Positions 1-9,670 of a stretch of 64,000 nucleotides of DNA are shown here, in pieces. Positions within the stretch are counted from its first letter, which is position 1. Each line of letters starts with the position of its first letter. Origin of the DNA: a virus; the IMG/VR virus record IMGVR_UViG_3300045988_120470, positions 31,443-95,442 of that record; one strand, given 5' to 3'. Under the pieces are notes generated by a model. It saw only the letters and a program-made list of their open reading frames with translations. It was not told the DNA's origin and made no database searches. A program made the position numbers and the translations under genes.

Positions 1-433
1 AGTTGAGTTTTGTGATCATAATTTGCTGTTATTTGTATTCAATTAAAATTCCTGCATCGTTCATATTAGCCTTCAAACATCGGCTCAGACCGGCAAGGCT
101 TCCTCGATTGAACTCGGCGGTTACTTGCGTGAATACCCCCCCGACTTTCGGGATGTGGTAATCAATCGTGATGTTATTCATATTCTGTTAAAATCACCCC
201 TCCTGTTGTTCCATAATCGCCCAGCAGGAGCGTCCGTGAGCCGAACTTGTAATATCCGGAGAGGACGGTCGGGGCGCAATGGCTGCGGTCGGTGTTTAAG
301 GGTTGGATATTAGTCATATTCTTCAATCAGAAAACAGTTACACGGCCATGAACATATAGTGATGGTCGGACAAATCGTAGTGTTTAGCCTACCTCCCCCA
401 TTATCGCCACGAGGATATTGGTAGAAGTCGTGG

Positions 434-622
434 TTAGTCATATACCTTTACTATTACAGGCGTTTGCCCACCCCCTAATCCCATTGCGGACGTAAGGGTA
501 AACATTTCTTCGTGGAGAGTGTGGGGAGCAACAAGACCATGTGGTTGTAGATTGTAAAACACAGCGCTCTGCTCCACCTTTTTCACCATTATGGATATTG
601 CCTTTGCTCTAAGCATATTCAA
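434..622 (-). CDS. hypothetical protein
   Basis: 62-aa ORF (TTG/ATG start). It lies one codon downstream of, and in frame with, the TAG stop of 626..1042. No motif recognised. Confidence 0.3.
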   Translation of the reverse strand: MNMLRAKAISIMVKKVEQSAVFYNLQPHGLVAPHTLHEEMFTLTSAMGLGGGQTPVIVKVYD

Positions 623-625
623 ATA

Positions 626-1042
626 CTAAAAGAAACATTCTGGCTCCAATTCGGAAAGATAGCAATAATACCTTACTTCGTTTTCGCTAACAAACATACG
701 CCAATACTCATCGTTGTCGCTATAATGGTCATGTGTGAAATGCACTCCATTCAAACACCAACAAAGAATACTACAAACACAATTCGGTTTTTCTGTGGCA
801 GGATGCCACAACTGAACGATGTTGCGATATTCGGTTGCTTTATCCACCTCGTCAGCACACGACGATGCTTCTTCAATGCTTATCCCTTTAGCGTCAGCAA
901 CAATACAGGCACCGGCCTCAGTAATCTTACTCTCCAAAAATTCAGAAGCCTTCTGTGAAATGAATATCACATCAGGCAGTCGGTTTTGTTTTTCCATACT
1001 ACTTATAGTTTTATAATTCAACAAACACGCATATTCCTCCAC
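626..1042 (-). CDS. hypothetical protein
   Basis: 138-aa ORF in the co-directional minus-strand block. Ends in TAG. No motif recognised. Confidence 0.45.
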   Translation of the reverse strand: MEEYACLLNYKTISSMEKQNRLPDVIFISQKASEFLESKITEAGACIVADAKGISIEEASSCADEVDKATEYRNIVQLWHPATEKPNCVCSILCWCLNGVHFTHDHYSDNDEYWRMFVSENEVRYYCYLSELEPECFF

Positions 1043-1068
1043 TTGCAGCGGTCAGTGCGTTTACGAGC

Positions 1069-1335
1069 TTACCCCTCCCAACTGTGCGACTGCGCCTTAG
1101 AGCCGAAGACGGATAACTTAGATCGGCGGCTCCTGGGCAGGGACAGTCGGTGTAGCCCAGTTCGGTGGCCTGGCGTATGCGAAGGAACATCTCGCCCCTC
1201 TCGGTCCACCAACTGAAGGAACGGTCGGTCGGTGGTGGAGTAGATGCGGTAGAGCGAGCCGTCGGGATAGCGGCCGTACAACTTGCCGTCCTTGCGGATG
1301 GTGCCGCGCTTGTAGTGAGGGTCAGACATATTCAA
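1069..1335 (-). CDS. hypothetical protein
   Basis: 88-aa ORF in a locally GC-rich patch. The N-terminal half looks protein-like, while the C-terminal half is Arg/Ser-rich and may be frame noise. Confidence 0.3.
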   Translation of the reverse strand: MNMSDPHYKRGTIRKDGKLYGRYPDGSLYRIYSTTDRPFLQLVDREGRDVPSHTPGHRTGLHRLSLPRSRRSKLSVFGSKAQSHSWEG

Positions 1336-1458
1336 TCATTATACAGTGTGGGCATTTGTAGTCGGTGGCTCGAAGGGCGGGCGAGAAACTACCTCCCCAT
1401 CCTCGCCATTCGAGCCGATGGCTAACGGGATGCACGGAAATGTAGATGTGGGTCATTG

Positions 1459-1929
1459 TTACTCTTGGAAATACTCACCATATTGCTTCCACTCGGGGTC
1501 ATGGATGTTTCCGACAACCTCGAAGTTCTTCATCTTCTCTCGCTCTACACTATCAAGGATGCCGTCAGAAATGCCTCTTACGCAAGAGTCGGGATTCTTG
1601 GCCGTCACTGTGCCGAAACAGGCTCCTTCCTCGCAATAATACACTACGGCATAATAGTTGTCGTACTTGTTGTCTTCGGTGCAACTATAAGGGTATTCGT
1701 CCGACCGCAACACGTCACCCTCGTAAATCTCCTTGCCGTTCTTGTCAAGGAAGCCGGTGAACTGGCAGACGGTGGTGGAGTCGATTTGATGTGCCCCGGT
1801 GAAACCAATTTTGCCTTCTTCTTCAACAAATCCCAATATGTTTAAATTACCATCAAGAGAATGAGCCAAATCACCTGAGACCCATTGTTCCTGACCTTTT
1901 CTCTTTGCCTTAAATTTAATTGTTCTCAT
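1459..1929 (-). CDS. YopX-family phage protein
   Basis: 156 aa. MRTIKFKAKRK... at the N-terminus, ...CQFTGFLDKNGKEIYEGDV... and C-terminal EVVGNIHD match the YopX pattern common in phages. Confidence 0.7.
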   Translation of the reverse strand: MRTIKFKAKRKGQEQWVSGDLAHSLDGNLNILGFVEEEGKIGFTGAHQIDSTTVCQFTGFLDKNGKEIYEGDVLRSDEYPYSCTEDNKYDNYYAVVYYCEEGACFGTVTAKNPDSCVRGISDGILDSVEREKMKNFEVVGNIHDPEWKQYGEYFQE

Positions 1930-1954
1930 TGTTCTCTATATTTTCTTTATACTG

Positions 1955-2296
1955 TTAATGTTTATCCTTTATCCAGACAACCTTGAACCGATTTTCCTTT
2001 AACCTGATGATGTGAAACAACGGTTTAGATTTATCCATTAGCCAAAGATTCTTAGGGATGTATTTCTTGGGCGGAAAGCGCAAACAGCGAGGGTCACGCC
2101 AATCAAAATAACCTTTAACCTTCCACATGGAATGAGAAGCTTCTTTTCGATTGTCGCAGTAATCAAGTACATCTTGTTTCCAGTAAAGACGGTGCTTTAA
2201 TTCTCCATACAATTTCCACTGGTTCTTCACCCTAATCCTGAAATTCGACATAGAGGGATATAACTTCTTTATGATTTGAGTTGTCTTTATCTTCAT
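1955..2296 (-). CDS. hypothetical protein
   Basis: 113-aa basic, Trp-rich ORF, tightly packed with its neighbours. Confidence 0.5.
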   Translation of the reverse strand: MKIKTTQIIKKLYPSMSNFRIRVKNQWKLYGELKHRLYWKQDVLDYCDNRKEASHSMWKVKGYFDWRDPRCLRFPPKKYIPKNLWLMDKSKPLFHIIRLKENRFKVVWIKDKH

Positions 2297-2328
2297 TGTT
2301 CTCTATATTTGCGTTAATACATTATTAC

Positions 2329-2658
2329 TTAATCTTCCTCTACTGCTCCTGCCCATAGCAATCGTAGCAGACTCTCCCCGTCCTTTCCGAATCTTTCCAC
2401 GATGTCTGGCATTCTTGAAACAAGGGTAGGCATAGCGTTCGCGGTCAGATGTGGAACAAGGGGATTTTCGATTACGGAGTAGCCCACTACTTCCGCCCTT
2501 TTGTTCAGGTCGGCAATAGCATCATCAATGGTGTCGAAGCGACAGGTACAAACGTGCTCGGTGGAAAGGTTTACGAAGCACCATTTCTTTGTGGTGCGGT
2601 CCTGACAGAGCATTACGATGCAGTTGGGACGGTTGCGACGTTTTACCTTGATATACAT
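2329..2658 (-). CDS. hypothetical protein
   Basis: 109-aa ORF. Its ATG lies one codon after, and in frame with, the TAG stop of 2662..3339. Confidence 0.5.
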   Translation of the reverse strand: MYIKVKRRNRPNCIVMLCQDRTTKKWCFVNLSTEHVCTCRFDTIDDAIADLNKRAEVVGYSVIENPLVPHLTANAMPTLVSRMPDIVERFGKDGESLLRLLWAGAVEED

Positions 2659-2661
2659 AAG

Positions 2662-3339
2662 CTAATCTATTAGTTCAAAATCGTAAACAAATACATAAGG
2701 GTTGCTCTCAAAAGTGCCTTTGCCTGAAATACGGTCGATTAATGATGCGTAGGCATCCTGCGGAGTGCGGAACGAGGAGTTGGCAAGGCCATGATACCAA
2801 TACGTCATACCTTCAAGTCCTACGTCGTGTGCCATCCAAAGACCTTCCTTTAAGCAATCCTCGCTTTTTATGTCTTGCAAACGCTCAATGCGAATATTGG
2901 TTATACGGATATGATGGGGCATATCTTCGGCACGAACAAACATTTTATTGTTCCAACCTAATTTCTCTTTGCGGATCATACATTTTACCAAATCTACTGG
3001 AGGCGTAATGTCGGCATACGGCTGCGCAATAGCTACGGTCTCGTTCATCTGATAGCGCATAGATCTGCGATTATTGATAAATCTTTTTCTCCAATAGGGA
3101 TTGAGAACGAAACGGTCGTAAACAAGAAAGAGCGAAGCGGGAGAGTCGTATTTTTTGATAATCTCAAGCATCTCCTTGTTTGTTATAATTCGCCTTGTCT
3201 GCGTCTTTCGCTTTGCAAGCACGGCTTCAGTCAATCCGTACTTGTCATTAAACATAATCTTCTGCATACTCTCTATTTTCATTAATAACCTTTTGTCATC
3301 GGATTTCACGGATTTTTCAGTTCGTTTCATTCGCATCAT
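2662..3339 (-). CDS. ASCH-like domain protein (tentative)
   Basis: 225 aa. ...GLTEAVLAKRKTQTRR... resembles the ASCH N-terminal G.KT.E.R element. The match is weak and the true start may be an internal Met. Confidence 0.4.
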   Translation of the reverse strand: MMRMKRTEKSVKSDDKRLLMKIESMQKIMFNDKYGLTEAVLAKRKTQTRRIITNKEMLEIIKKYDSPASLFLVYDRFVLNPYWRKRFINNRRSMRYQMNETVAIAQPYADITPPVDLVKCMIRKEKLGWNNKMFVRAEDMPHHIRITNIRIERLQDIKSEDCLKEGLWMAHDVGLEGMTYWYHGLANSSFRTPQDAYASLIDRISGKGTFESNPYVFVYDFELID

Positions 3340-3387
3340 TCGATGATGAACGAAAAATCCGTTGAATCCGATGTAAAAATACCTTTA

Positions 3388-3882
3388 TTAGAAATTCTCC
3401 CTAATACCGAAAGGTGTTCCATCAAGGAAGGTGGCATCTTTAAACTTTTTCTCTGGAGTAAACCATATTCCATAGCATTTTATCCATCTCTTACTAAAGT
3501 TAGTACCAATCAGTTCAATGGGATAAAAAGAATAATTGTCTTTCACCCAACCGAATGGTACATGTTTTTTCATCTCCTCAATACACTCTTCTGCATTAGC
3601 AAATGGACGATATTCAGGTTTAATGCGGTAATCAAACTTATTCCAATCTCTGTTATCTTTTGATGGAAATAGCAAACATTCACTTTGTTCAACGTTATAC
3701 CATTTGCCTTCATCTGTAAAATTTACGTTGCTATATGGAATCTCATTCTCTAACGCCCTAACTATAATAGGAAATTTATGATTTCCTATATCAATTCTTA
3801 CAAACTCCACTTCTCCATACAAAGGAGAATAGAGTTTTGTCCCTTCAGGACAGCCTTTTAATTTTTCTGCTACATTTATCAT
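3388..3882 (-). CDS. hypothetical protein
   Basis: 164-aa ORF. Its start overlaps the stop of 3879..4061 by 4 nt (ATGA coupling). Confidence 0.5.
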   Translation of the reverse strand: MINVAEKLKGCPEGTKLYSPLYGEVEFVRIDIGNHKFPIIVRALENEIPYSNVNFTDEGKWYNVEQSECLLFPSKDNRDWNKFDYRIKPEYRPFANAEECIEEMKKHVPFGWVKDNYSFYPIELIGTNFSKRWIKCYGIWFTPEKKFKDATFLDGTPFGIRENF

Positions 3883-4061
3883 ACATTCACTAATTTAAAA
3901 ATTACATCTTTACCGTCAGAACGGTCTTTTGGACAACATTGAAAACCGCCTGTTGGTTTCAGACAAATATTTCCACTATCAAAGTAACATCCATCACATA
4001 ATGATTGCTCTACTGCTTCAAGGGTTATTGTTACCCGTTCTCCTATTTTAAGTTCTTTCAT
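3879..4061 (-). CDS. hypothetical small Cys-containing protein
   Basis: 60 aa with five Cys residues, including adjacent CC and a C..C pair. Translationally coupled to the next ORF. Confidence 0.45.
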   Translation of the reverse strand: MKELKIGERVTITLEAVEQSLCDGCYFDSGNICLKPTGGFQCCPKDRSDGKDVIFKLVNV

Positions 4062-4221
4062 ATTATTACTTTGTCTTTGTCATATCTGCAAACTATTAAA
4101 TCTATGTAAGTTCCATAGGTTCGTCTTCCCTTCACTGAATGCCTGCATTACATCCACCAACTGCTTTATTCTTTCTTTTCTCATTGTTATCTATATTTTC
4201 GTTAGTACATTATTACTTGTT

Positions 4222-4602
4222 TTATAATTTTTGCGAATCAAAAAACTCTTGCAAGTCTTTATCATCTTCGGGTGTTCCAAGAGTTTGTACCTTCATGCCG
4301 CTGGGGTTACATAGAGGCTCAGCCAACGGAGAAATGGCGTGCGGCTCTTTTTGCCACACAATAGATGTGCCGTCATTGTAAAAAGATAAATCGGCAAAGC
4401 CATACTTCAGAAGGAATATAAGCGTCTTCTGCATTTCATACTGCAAACTTGACAAAAGCATTGATTGTCCCAAATATCCATTTATGATATAGCCTCCGGC
4501 GCAATACTGATAGGATGCTCCGTCGAGTCGATGTTCATAAAGAGTAACGCCAGCCTGGGCGCAATACCCTTTCAATGCCTTGCGTGTAGCGTATCTTCCC
4601 AT
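4222..4602 (-). CDS. hypothetical protein
   Basis: 126-aa ORF, in frame with the TAG stop of 4630..5703 with 9 sense codons between them. Confidence 0.5.
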   Translation of the reverse strand: MGRYATRKALKGYCAQAGVTLYEHRLDGASYQYCAGGYIINGYLGQSMLLSSLQYEMQKTLIFLLKYGFADLSFYNDGTSIVWQKEPHAISPLAEPLCNPSGMKVQTLGTPEDDKDLQEFFDSQKL

Positions 4603-4629
4603 ATTCTCTATAATTCCGTTAATACATTT

Positions 4630-5703
4630 CTACTTCTTCCTAATATTCTCCATTTCCTCATTCTCCTTCGAGAGCCGCTCCAGATGCTCCAGCTCGAGCA
4701 AATACGACTGATTGTTCACCTGGTCTTCAGTCAGTCCAGTGTATTTCTGCATGGTGGCGATGGTGGCGGTGTATATTTCAAGTGGGGTGGAGGGTCGCTG
4801 TGTGCGGTCGAGCTTCTGCACCTTGAACACATGGGGATAACGCCGTGAAAGGGTGTGCATCATGCCAGTCCACCAGAAGAGGATGGGTTGCCACTGGTGG
4901 TCGGGGAAGTGACGGAAGAGTGGGGCTTGGGTGTCGAACTGGCGGGTGTCGTAATGGAAATCGTGCACCTTCACGTTGGTGTTAGTGTCGATGAAGTCGA
5001 TACGACGGTTGAAGATTGTGGCGAGGAACATAGAGCGTGCCTGGTCTACGCTGTCGGCTTGCTGCGCTATCTGCTCGGTCGTGAACCTACCCATCTGCTT
5101 CATCTTGACAAGATTGTTTGCGAGCGAGGTGTATTGTCCCATGAGGTCGGAGGCAAAACGATACTGCTGCCAGGAAAATCCGTCCATATCCTGCGCAGGA
5201 CCTTCATAGTCGGTCTTACGACGTAGCAGACCGCGCTTGTTGCGAAGGAGAAGGGTGGGGTAGGGAAAGCGAGTGAGGTGAGCGCCACGCTCGTTGTCGA
5301 GCCAGTCGAGCATTCCGGCACCGGAGGCAAGATACTCAGCCGAGTTGCGATCGTCGGTCTTCGGCTTGGGCGTTAGCCAATGATTGAGTTGCCATAGGTA
5401 GATGGGGAAGGTTTCTTCTTCCTGCTGCTTGCGACGGAAGAAACGGTTGCGACGGCTCGTGGTGGTGAGTCGGCAAGTATAGTGTTGCTCTTCGAGAGGC
5501 TTCGACTCGTCTATGCCCTCCACTATCTCGATGCCAGCAAAGACGAAGAAGCACGCTATCTTGACGTTGCGCATGTCGAAGGGATGGTAACGGTCGGCTC
5601 GCTGTATCTGCTCAAGCATGATGCGAGAGATGAGCTCCAACTGCTCTGTGCTGCACTCGTTCCATGAGCGGGGCAGCGTTAGGTTGATGTTTCGTTGTGA
5701 CAT
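4630..5703 (-). CDS. hypothetical protein (358 aa)
   Basis: The ORF track gives 4630..5814. I prefer the ATG at 5703 (MSQRNINL...) because the 37 upstream codons run back toward the terminator region at 5783..5819. No motif recognised. Confidence 0.55.
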   Translation of the reverse strand: MSQRNINLTLPRSWNECSTEQLELISRIMLEQIQRADRYHPFDMRNVKIACFFVFAGIEIVEGIDESKPLEEQHYTCRLTTTSRRNRFFRRKQQEEETFPIYLWQLNHWLTPKPKTDDRNSAEYLASGAGMLDWLDNERGAHLTRFPYPTLLLRNKRGLLRRKTDYEGPAQDMDGFSWQQYRFASDLMGQYTSLANNLVKMKQMGRFTTEQIAQQADSVDQARSMFLATIFNRRIDFIDTNTNVKVHDFHYDTRQFDTQAPLFRHFPDHQWQPILFWWTGMMHTLSRRYPHVFKVQKLDRTQRPSTPLEIYTATIATMQKYTGLTEDQVNNQSYLLELEHLERLSKENEEMENIRKK

Positions 5704-5782
5704 AATTTTCGGGTTTCTTTCATGAGCAAAGATAAGTTTTTTTGATTTGGTGAGGCGGACATGGTTAGGTACGGACAACGAA

Positions 5783-5819
5783 AGAAAAAGCCCGACGCAA
5801 TCCGCAGACTGCATCGGGC
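5783..5819 (-). terminator. rho-independent terminator candidate
   Basis: Minus strand: GCCCGAtGCA ... TGCgTCGGGC stem followed by TTTTTCTTTC. It lies 41 nt after the stop of the frameshift extension (5860). Confidence 0.5.
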
Positions 5820-6026
5820 CAAGGTATTGTCCCCACGAATAATTTGCTTTATGAGCGATTTACTTCTTTCGGCTCCGGGAAGGAGATTCGGTAGCCGTCT
5901 GCTGAGTCGAGTCCATTGCGGACTGGGGGTCCTCACTTGTGGGAGACGCTTCACTTACGGCTTTCTCCTCTCCTTCACTGAGCACTTTCTTAGCGATATT
6001 GTCCTCGCTCTGTGCGTCAATATCGC

Positions 6027-6587
6027 TTACGCGTTTTTTGATGCGAGGAGCGAGTCCCAACCGCCTTCGGGCTCTGGAATCTCGTAGCGGCCATAGATTG
6101 TGGGCTGGAGGGTTCCGCTGCAAGTCACGCTGCGCTCGTCATCAACCTTCTTGCCCGTGTCGCCCTTGATGCCACCTGAGGCATATTCCACCTTGTGCTG
6201 AGAATCATACACGATGATGCTCTTGTCTCCATCCTGGAAGATGTAGCCAAGGTCAAGGTTGTTCAGACCGCGGGCCACTTCAGCAGACGCTGCGTTTACG
6301 CTCTCAAGTACATAGTCAATTGTCTGCTTGTAGCCGCCTCTTCGGCCAAGGGACTCAAAAGAATGTCCCTGGCTACTCTCCTTACACTCGAATTTGAAAA
6401 GCCCCTTACCCGTGTTGAATGACTCGGTGGTCAGCGCAGGATAAATGTTTTTTTCTGCTTTCAAAGGAGCCTTGAGATCGCTCTTGATGAAAATATATAC
6501 ATTGACACCAAGGCCGCCAAAGTTCTCTAAGCATTCGTTAGCTGCGAGAATATCCTTAATCTCGGGACATGTTGCTGTTACTGCCAT
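6027..6587 (-). CDS. structural protein of unknown role (decoration/connector/tail by position)
   Basis: 186 aa, immediately downstream of the capsid candidate and the last gene before a hairpin + T-run. It carries a slippery heptamer 2 codons before its TAA. Confidence 0.55.
   Translation of the reverse strand: MAVTATCPEIKDILAANECLENFGGLGVNVYIFIKSDLKAPLKAEKNIYPALTTESFNTGKGLFKFECKESSQGHSFESLGRRGGYKQTIDYVLESVNAASAEVARGLNNLDLGYIFQDGDKSIIVYDSQHKVEYASGGIKGDTGKKVDDERSVTCSGTLQPTIYGRYEIPEPEGGWDSLLASKNA
6033..6039 (-). promoter_or_regulatory. candidate -1 ribosomal frameshift site A_AAA_AAC
   Basis: The heptamer is in the correct X_XXY_YYZ phase of 6027..6587. The -1 frame is open for 57 further codons, to the TAA at 5860. 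Confidence 0.45.
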
Positions 6588-6713
6588 ATTCTATGAATTT
6601 AGGTATTGTTGTGTTGTATTGATTAAAAAGAGGGGCGACGGGTTAGCATATTCCGTCGGGTCAGCCGCAAACGTCGCCCTGAAAATATAGAGTGAAAGAA
6701 ACTCCGTTAGGGG

Positions 6714-8006
6714 TTAACCGTTCTTCTTGAAGAAGGCTGTCAAGCCCATGTTCATGCCGGAAGCGGTGAGCTGAATCTTCTTCTCGGTCTTACCGTTGCT
6801 CCAACCTGTAAACTTATAGTTAGTGCCATCGGCTGCCTCAAGAGAGAGAATCTGGTTAGGAGCGGTTTCAATCGGCTTGGTGTAAGGTGTTCCGTTCACC
6901 TTCACAGTACCGTCCGGCTTCTGACCGTCATCGCCAACAGGAGTAATCACGAGCATAGTGTTGTCGTAGTCACCGGCTACATACTCAGGAGCAACGAGAT
7001 TACCGTCGCTGATGCACAGAGCCGATTTCAGGAAGTTGCGTAGACCTGCTCCCTGTATTGACTGAATCTGAAAAGACAGGTCTCTGTGATCTCGGTCGGA
7101 GCCGAGTCGAACACTTACATACTGCTGGTTGCTCAGGGTGTCAACACCGTAGACAAAGTTCTTGTCGATGGTAGCATACATACGGTCGCCTTCGCCGAAG
7201 TTGGCAATAGGACAGATAGTAACCTTAGAGAGACCCGGCAGCTTGAAGTTGTCGCCCTGATTGTACTCTACACGGAAGTTGCCGTGGAATTTATTAGCAT
7301 AACCTGCTGCAATGTTCATGGCAGTTGCCTCGTTCATGTAAACACGTGTTGGAACCTTGCGAAGACGCTCATCCCATTTTGCGTGCCACTTGACGAAGTT
7401 GTCATAAGGAGTAGAGTCGTTGTTATCAGCAGGAGCAGAGATAGCCTCGCAAGGAACGAGGTTGCCGTTAGCCTCTGAGATAAGACCGTCCTCGATGTCG
7501 TGCTTGATGCAAGTGTGGAAACCGTCGTAGAGAGCCATTGCCTGGTCGCGAGCCGGAACGGAGTCGTCACCATTGTCAAGAGAGATGTCGCCGAACCACA
7601 AGTTAGCAGCAAGGTTGTCGGCATAGTCTTTGAGGATTGCCTCTACAGCCTGTGAAGAGAGAGGGAACTGCCCCTGAGCGTCTGTGCCGAATACTTTCTC
7701 ACAGAAGTCGTCTATATTGCCTGGAAACTTATCCCAGGAGAGCTTCGAGACAAGCGTACGCTCTTTCAAGAATCCAGCTTCGCTGTTGATTTCGCGATGA
7801 ACGTCCTTACGACGTGTGGTGCCACCCTTACGGATGAACAAGTGGAAAGTGCGCTTGAACTGAACACCAGTGATGATGTCGATGCCAAGGCGGTCCATCT
7901 CTTCGGCATCTGAATAGCCAGGACCCATCACGATCTCCTTTGACACCTCCTCGGCTACATGCTGAAGAGCGTCAAGGCCGATAAAATCTTTAGGTAAATT
8001 TGCCAT
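6714..8006 (-). CDS. major capsid protein candidate with C-terminal beta-repeat domain
   Basis: 430 aa, directly after the protease-scaffold gene; size and order are typical for an HK97-type capsid module. The last ~65 aa (...NYKFTGWSNGK...LTAFFKK) resemble a Listeria-Bacteroides (Flg_new-type) repeat. Confidence 0.6.
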   Translation of the reverse strand: MANLPKDFIGLDALQHVAEEVSKEIVMGPGYSDAEEMDRLGIDIITGVQFKRTFHLFIRKGGTTRRKDVHREINSEAGFLKERTLVSKLSWDKFPGNIDDFCEKVFGTDAQGQFPLSSQAVEAILKDYADNLAANLWFGDISLDNGDDSVPARDQAMALYDGFHTCIKHDIEDGLISEANGNLVPCEAISAPADNNDSTPYDNFVKWHAKWDERLRKVPTRVYMNEATAMNIAAGYANKFHGNFRVEYNQGDNFKLPGLSKVTICPIANFGEGDRMYATIDKNFVYGVDTLSNQQYVSVRLGSDRDHRDLSFQIQSIQGAGLRNFLKSALCISDGNLVAPEYVAGDYDNTMLVITPVGDDGQKPDGTVKVNGTPYTKPIETAPNQILSLEAADGTNYKFTGWSNGKTEKKIQLTASGMNMGLTAFFKKNG

Positions 8007-8074
8007 AATCGTTTGTGTTTTGTGTTGTTGTTAAATCTTTGTGTTGTTTGTGTCGGTTGAGGGCAGTGATGCTT

Positions 8075-9670
8075 TTATTCCTCACCTTGCAAGAAACGCT
8101 TGAAAGCTGCCTTGCGCTCAACATTGGTCTTGTACTTGCTACCATCGAACGAGCGCAACTGCGGAGTCTTCACTCCCTCGCCATTGTTCTCAGGAGCCTC
8201 GCCGCTGTTCAGTTCGTCGCCGGCCTCATTGGTGAGGGCAGCTATCTGAGCCTGCTTGTCGGCAATGGTCTGCTCGGCTGTAGCAAGCGCGTCCTTAGCG
8301 GTCTGAAGGTTTGCCTCGGCATCAGTCTTGTCGGCTGTGAGCTGGGCAATCTCCTTGTCCTTTGCCTCGGCGAGAGCTTTCAGCTCGTTGTCCTTCTTGG
8401 CAATAGCCTCGGTGTGCTGTGCGTTAAGGTCGCTTAGTTCTGTACTATGAGCCTCGTTAGCCTGGGCGAGTGCGGTCTCCGCGACTTCCTTTGCTTCGTT
8501 GGCTGCGTTTACATTGGCGGAGAGTTCATCGAACTTGCCCTGCAATTCTGCGAGAGCGTTCTCCGCTGCGGTGGCTTTCTGCTCGGCATCAGTCACCTTC
8601 TGCTCGGCTTCCTTCATGTGGGCTTCGAGAGAGTCAAGAAGCGAGGCGTTCATATACGCGCCCTCTTCCGATACGGCTATCTCGCCAGCCTGCAATCCGC
8701 AAGCGTTGCAAATAAGAGGATATTTCTCCATATTTATATTTGTGTTTGTGTTGGTTGCTGTGGTAGATTCGCTCGGCTTGGCAGCTACCTCGGAAAGCAG
8801 ACGCATGACTATCTCGTCAAGGGTTGATTGCCCGTCATTGAGAATGCCTTCAACATTCTTTGCCTCGAAGGTGGCACCATGCAGATGCTCGTCAGTGACA
8901 TTCGGACGATGGGCCTTCACGTCGGCCATAAACTCCTCACAAGTCTCGTCAAGGTCTTTCTGCAATTCCTCGTAATCGCCCTTAGCAGCATCACGATACC
9001 ATTTGTTCTTCTCGTAGCTCTGCGTGGCATAAATCTCATTCCAAGTTTCGTTTGTATAGGCATTCTTCTCGCCAGACAACATAGTGTAGAAGCCTCCCAT
9101 CACACCGATAGAACCGAAACCGTCCTTCACGTTCATATAGTAAATCTCGTCACAAAGCACAGCCAGATACATTGCAGCCGAATAGCAAGCGCCATCCACA
9201 AAAGCAATTACCTTCTTGCCCTTTGAGTGGGCATAGTCGATGGCATACTTATAGTCGGGGATAGCTGCTGCCGAACCACCACCTGAGTTGATGTAAACGA
9301 TGATGCCCTTACACTCCTCATGGTCGGAGGCCTGCATCATTATGTTGCGGAAGTCGATAGATCCGTAAGAGCAAGCGTCGCCATTACGTGTGATAGGTCC
9401 ACATACCGGAATTACGGCTACGAATTTATCATCGTCTCTCTCGCTGGGGTCACGTCCTGCGTCTTCATCACTTGCCGACATAGAAAAACGAGACTTATCG
9501 CCGTCGGCGGTCATACCAATAGCATAAGCCTGATGCTTTGCTACCTGCTCCGCTGATAGGACAACACGTCCTGCGATGTTCTCCTGCATGGCCATGCGGA
9601 TTGCATTGAGGATAGGCGGGTGCATCATCCATTCTCTCGTAGCGGAAACTTCAAGAAGTGTTGTTATCAT
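8075..9670 (-). CDS. S49/ClpP-like prohead protease fused to coiled-coil scaffold-like domain
   Basis: 531 aa. The N-terminal half has an SppA/S49-like pattern (...IIVYINSGGGSA..., ...DGACYSAAMYLA...). The C-terminal ~200 aa are Ala/Glu/Lys-rich heptad-like sequence. Confidence 0.8.
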   Translation of the reverse strand: MITTLLEVSATREWMMHPPILNAIRMAMQENIAGRVVLSAEQVAKHQAYAIGMTADGDKSRFSMSASDEDAGRDPSERDDDKFVAVIPVCGPITRNGDACSYGSIDFRNIMMQASDHEECKGIIVYINSGGGSAAAIPDYKYAIDYAHSKGKKVIAFVDGACYSAAMYLAVLCDEIYYMNVKDGFGSIGVMGGFYTMLSGEKNAYTNETWNEIYATQSYEKNKWYRDAAKGDYEELQKDLDETCEEFMADVKAHRPNVTDEHLHGATFEAKNVEGILNDGQSTLDEIVMRLLSEVAAKPSESTTATNTNTNINMEKYPLICNACGLQAGEIAVSEEGAYMNASLLDSLEAHMKEAEQKVTDAEQKATAAENALAELQGKFDELSANVNAANEAKEVAETALAQANEAHSTELSDLNAQHTEAIAKKDNELKALAEAKDKEIAQLTADKTDAEANLQTAKDALATAEQTIADKQAQIAALTNEAGDELNSGEAPENNGEGVKTPQLRSFDGSKYKTNVERKAAFKRFLQGEE

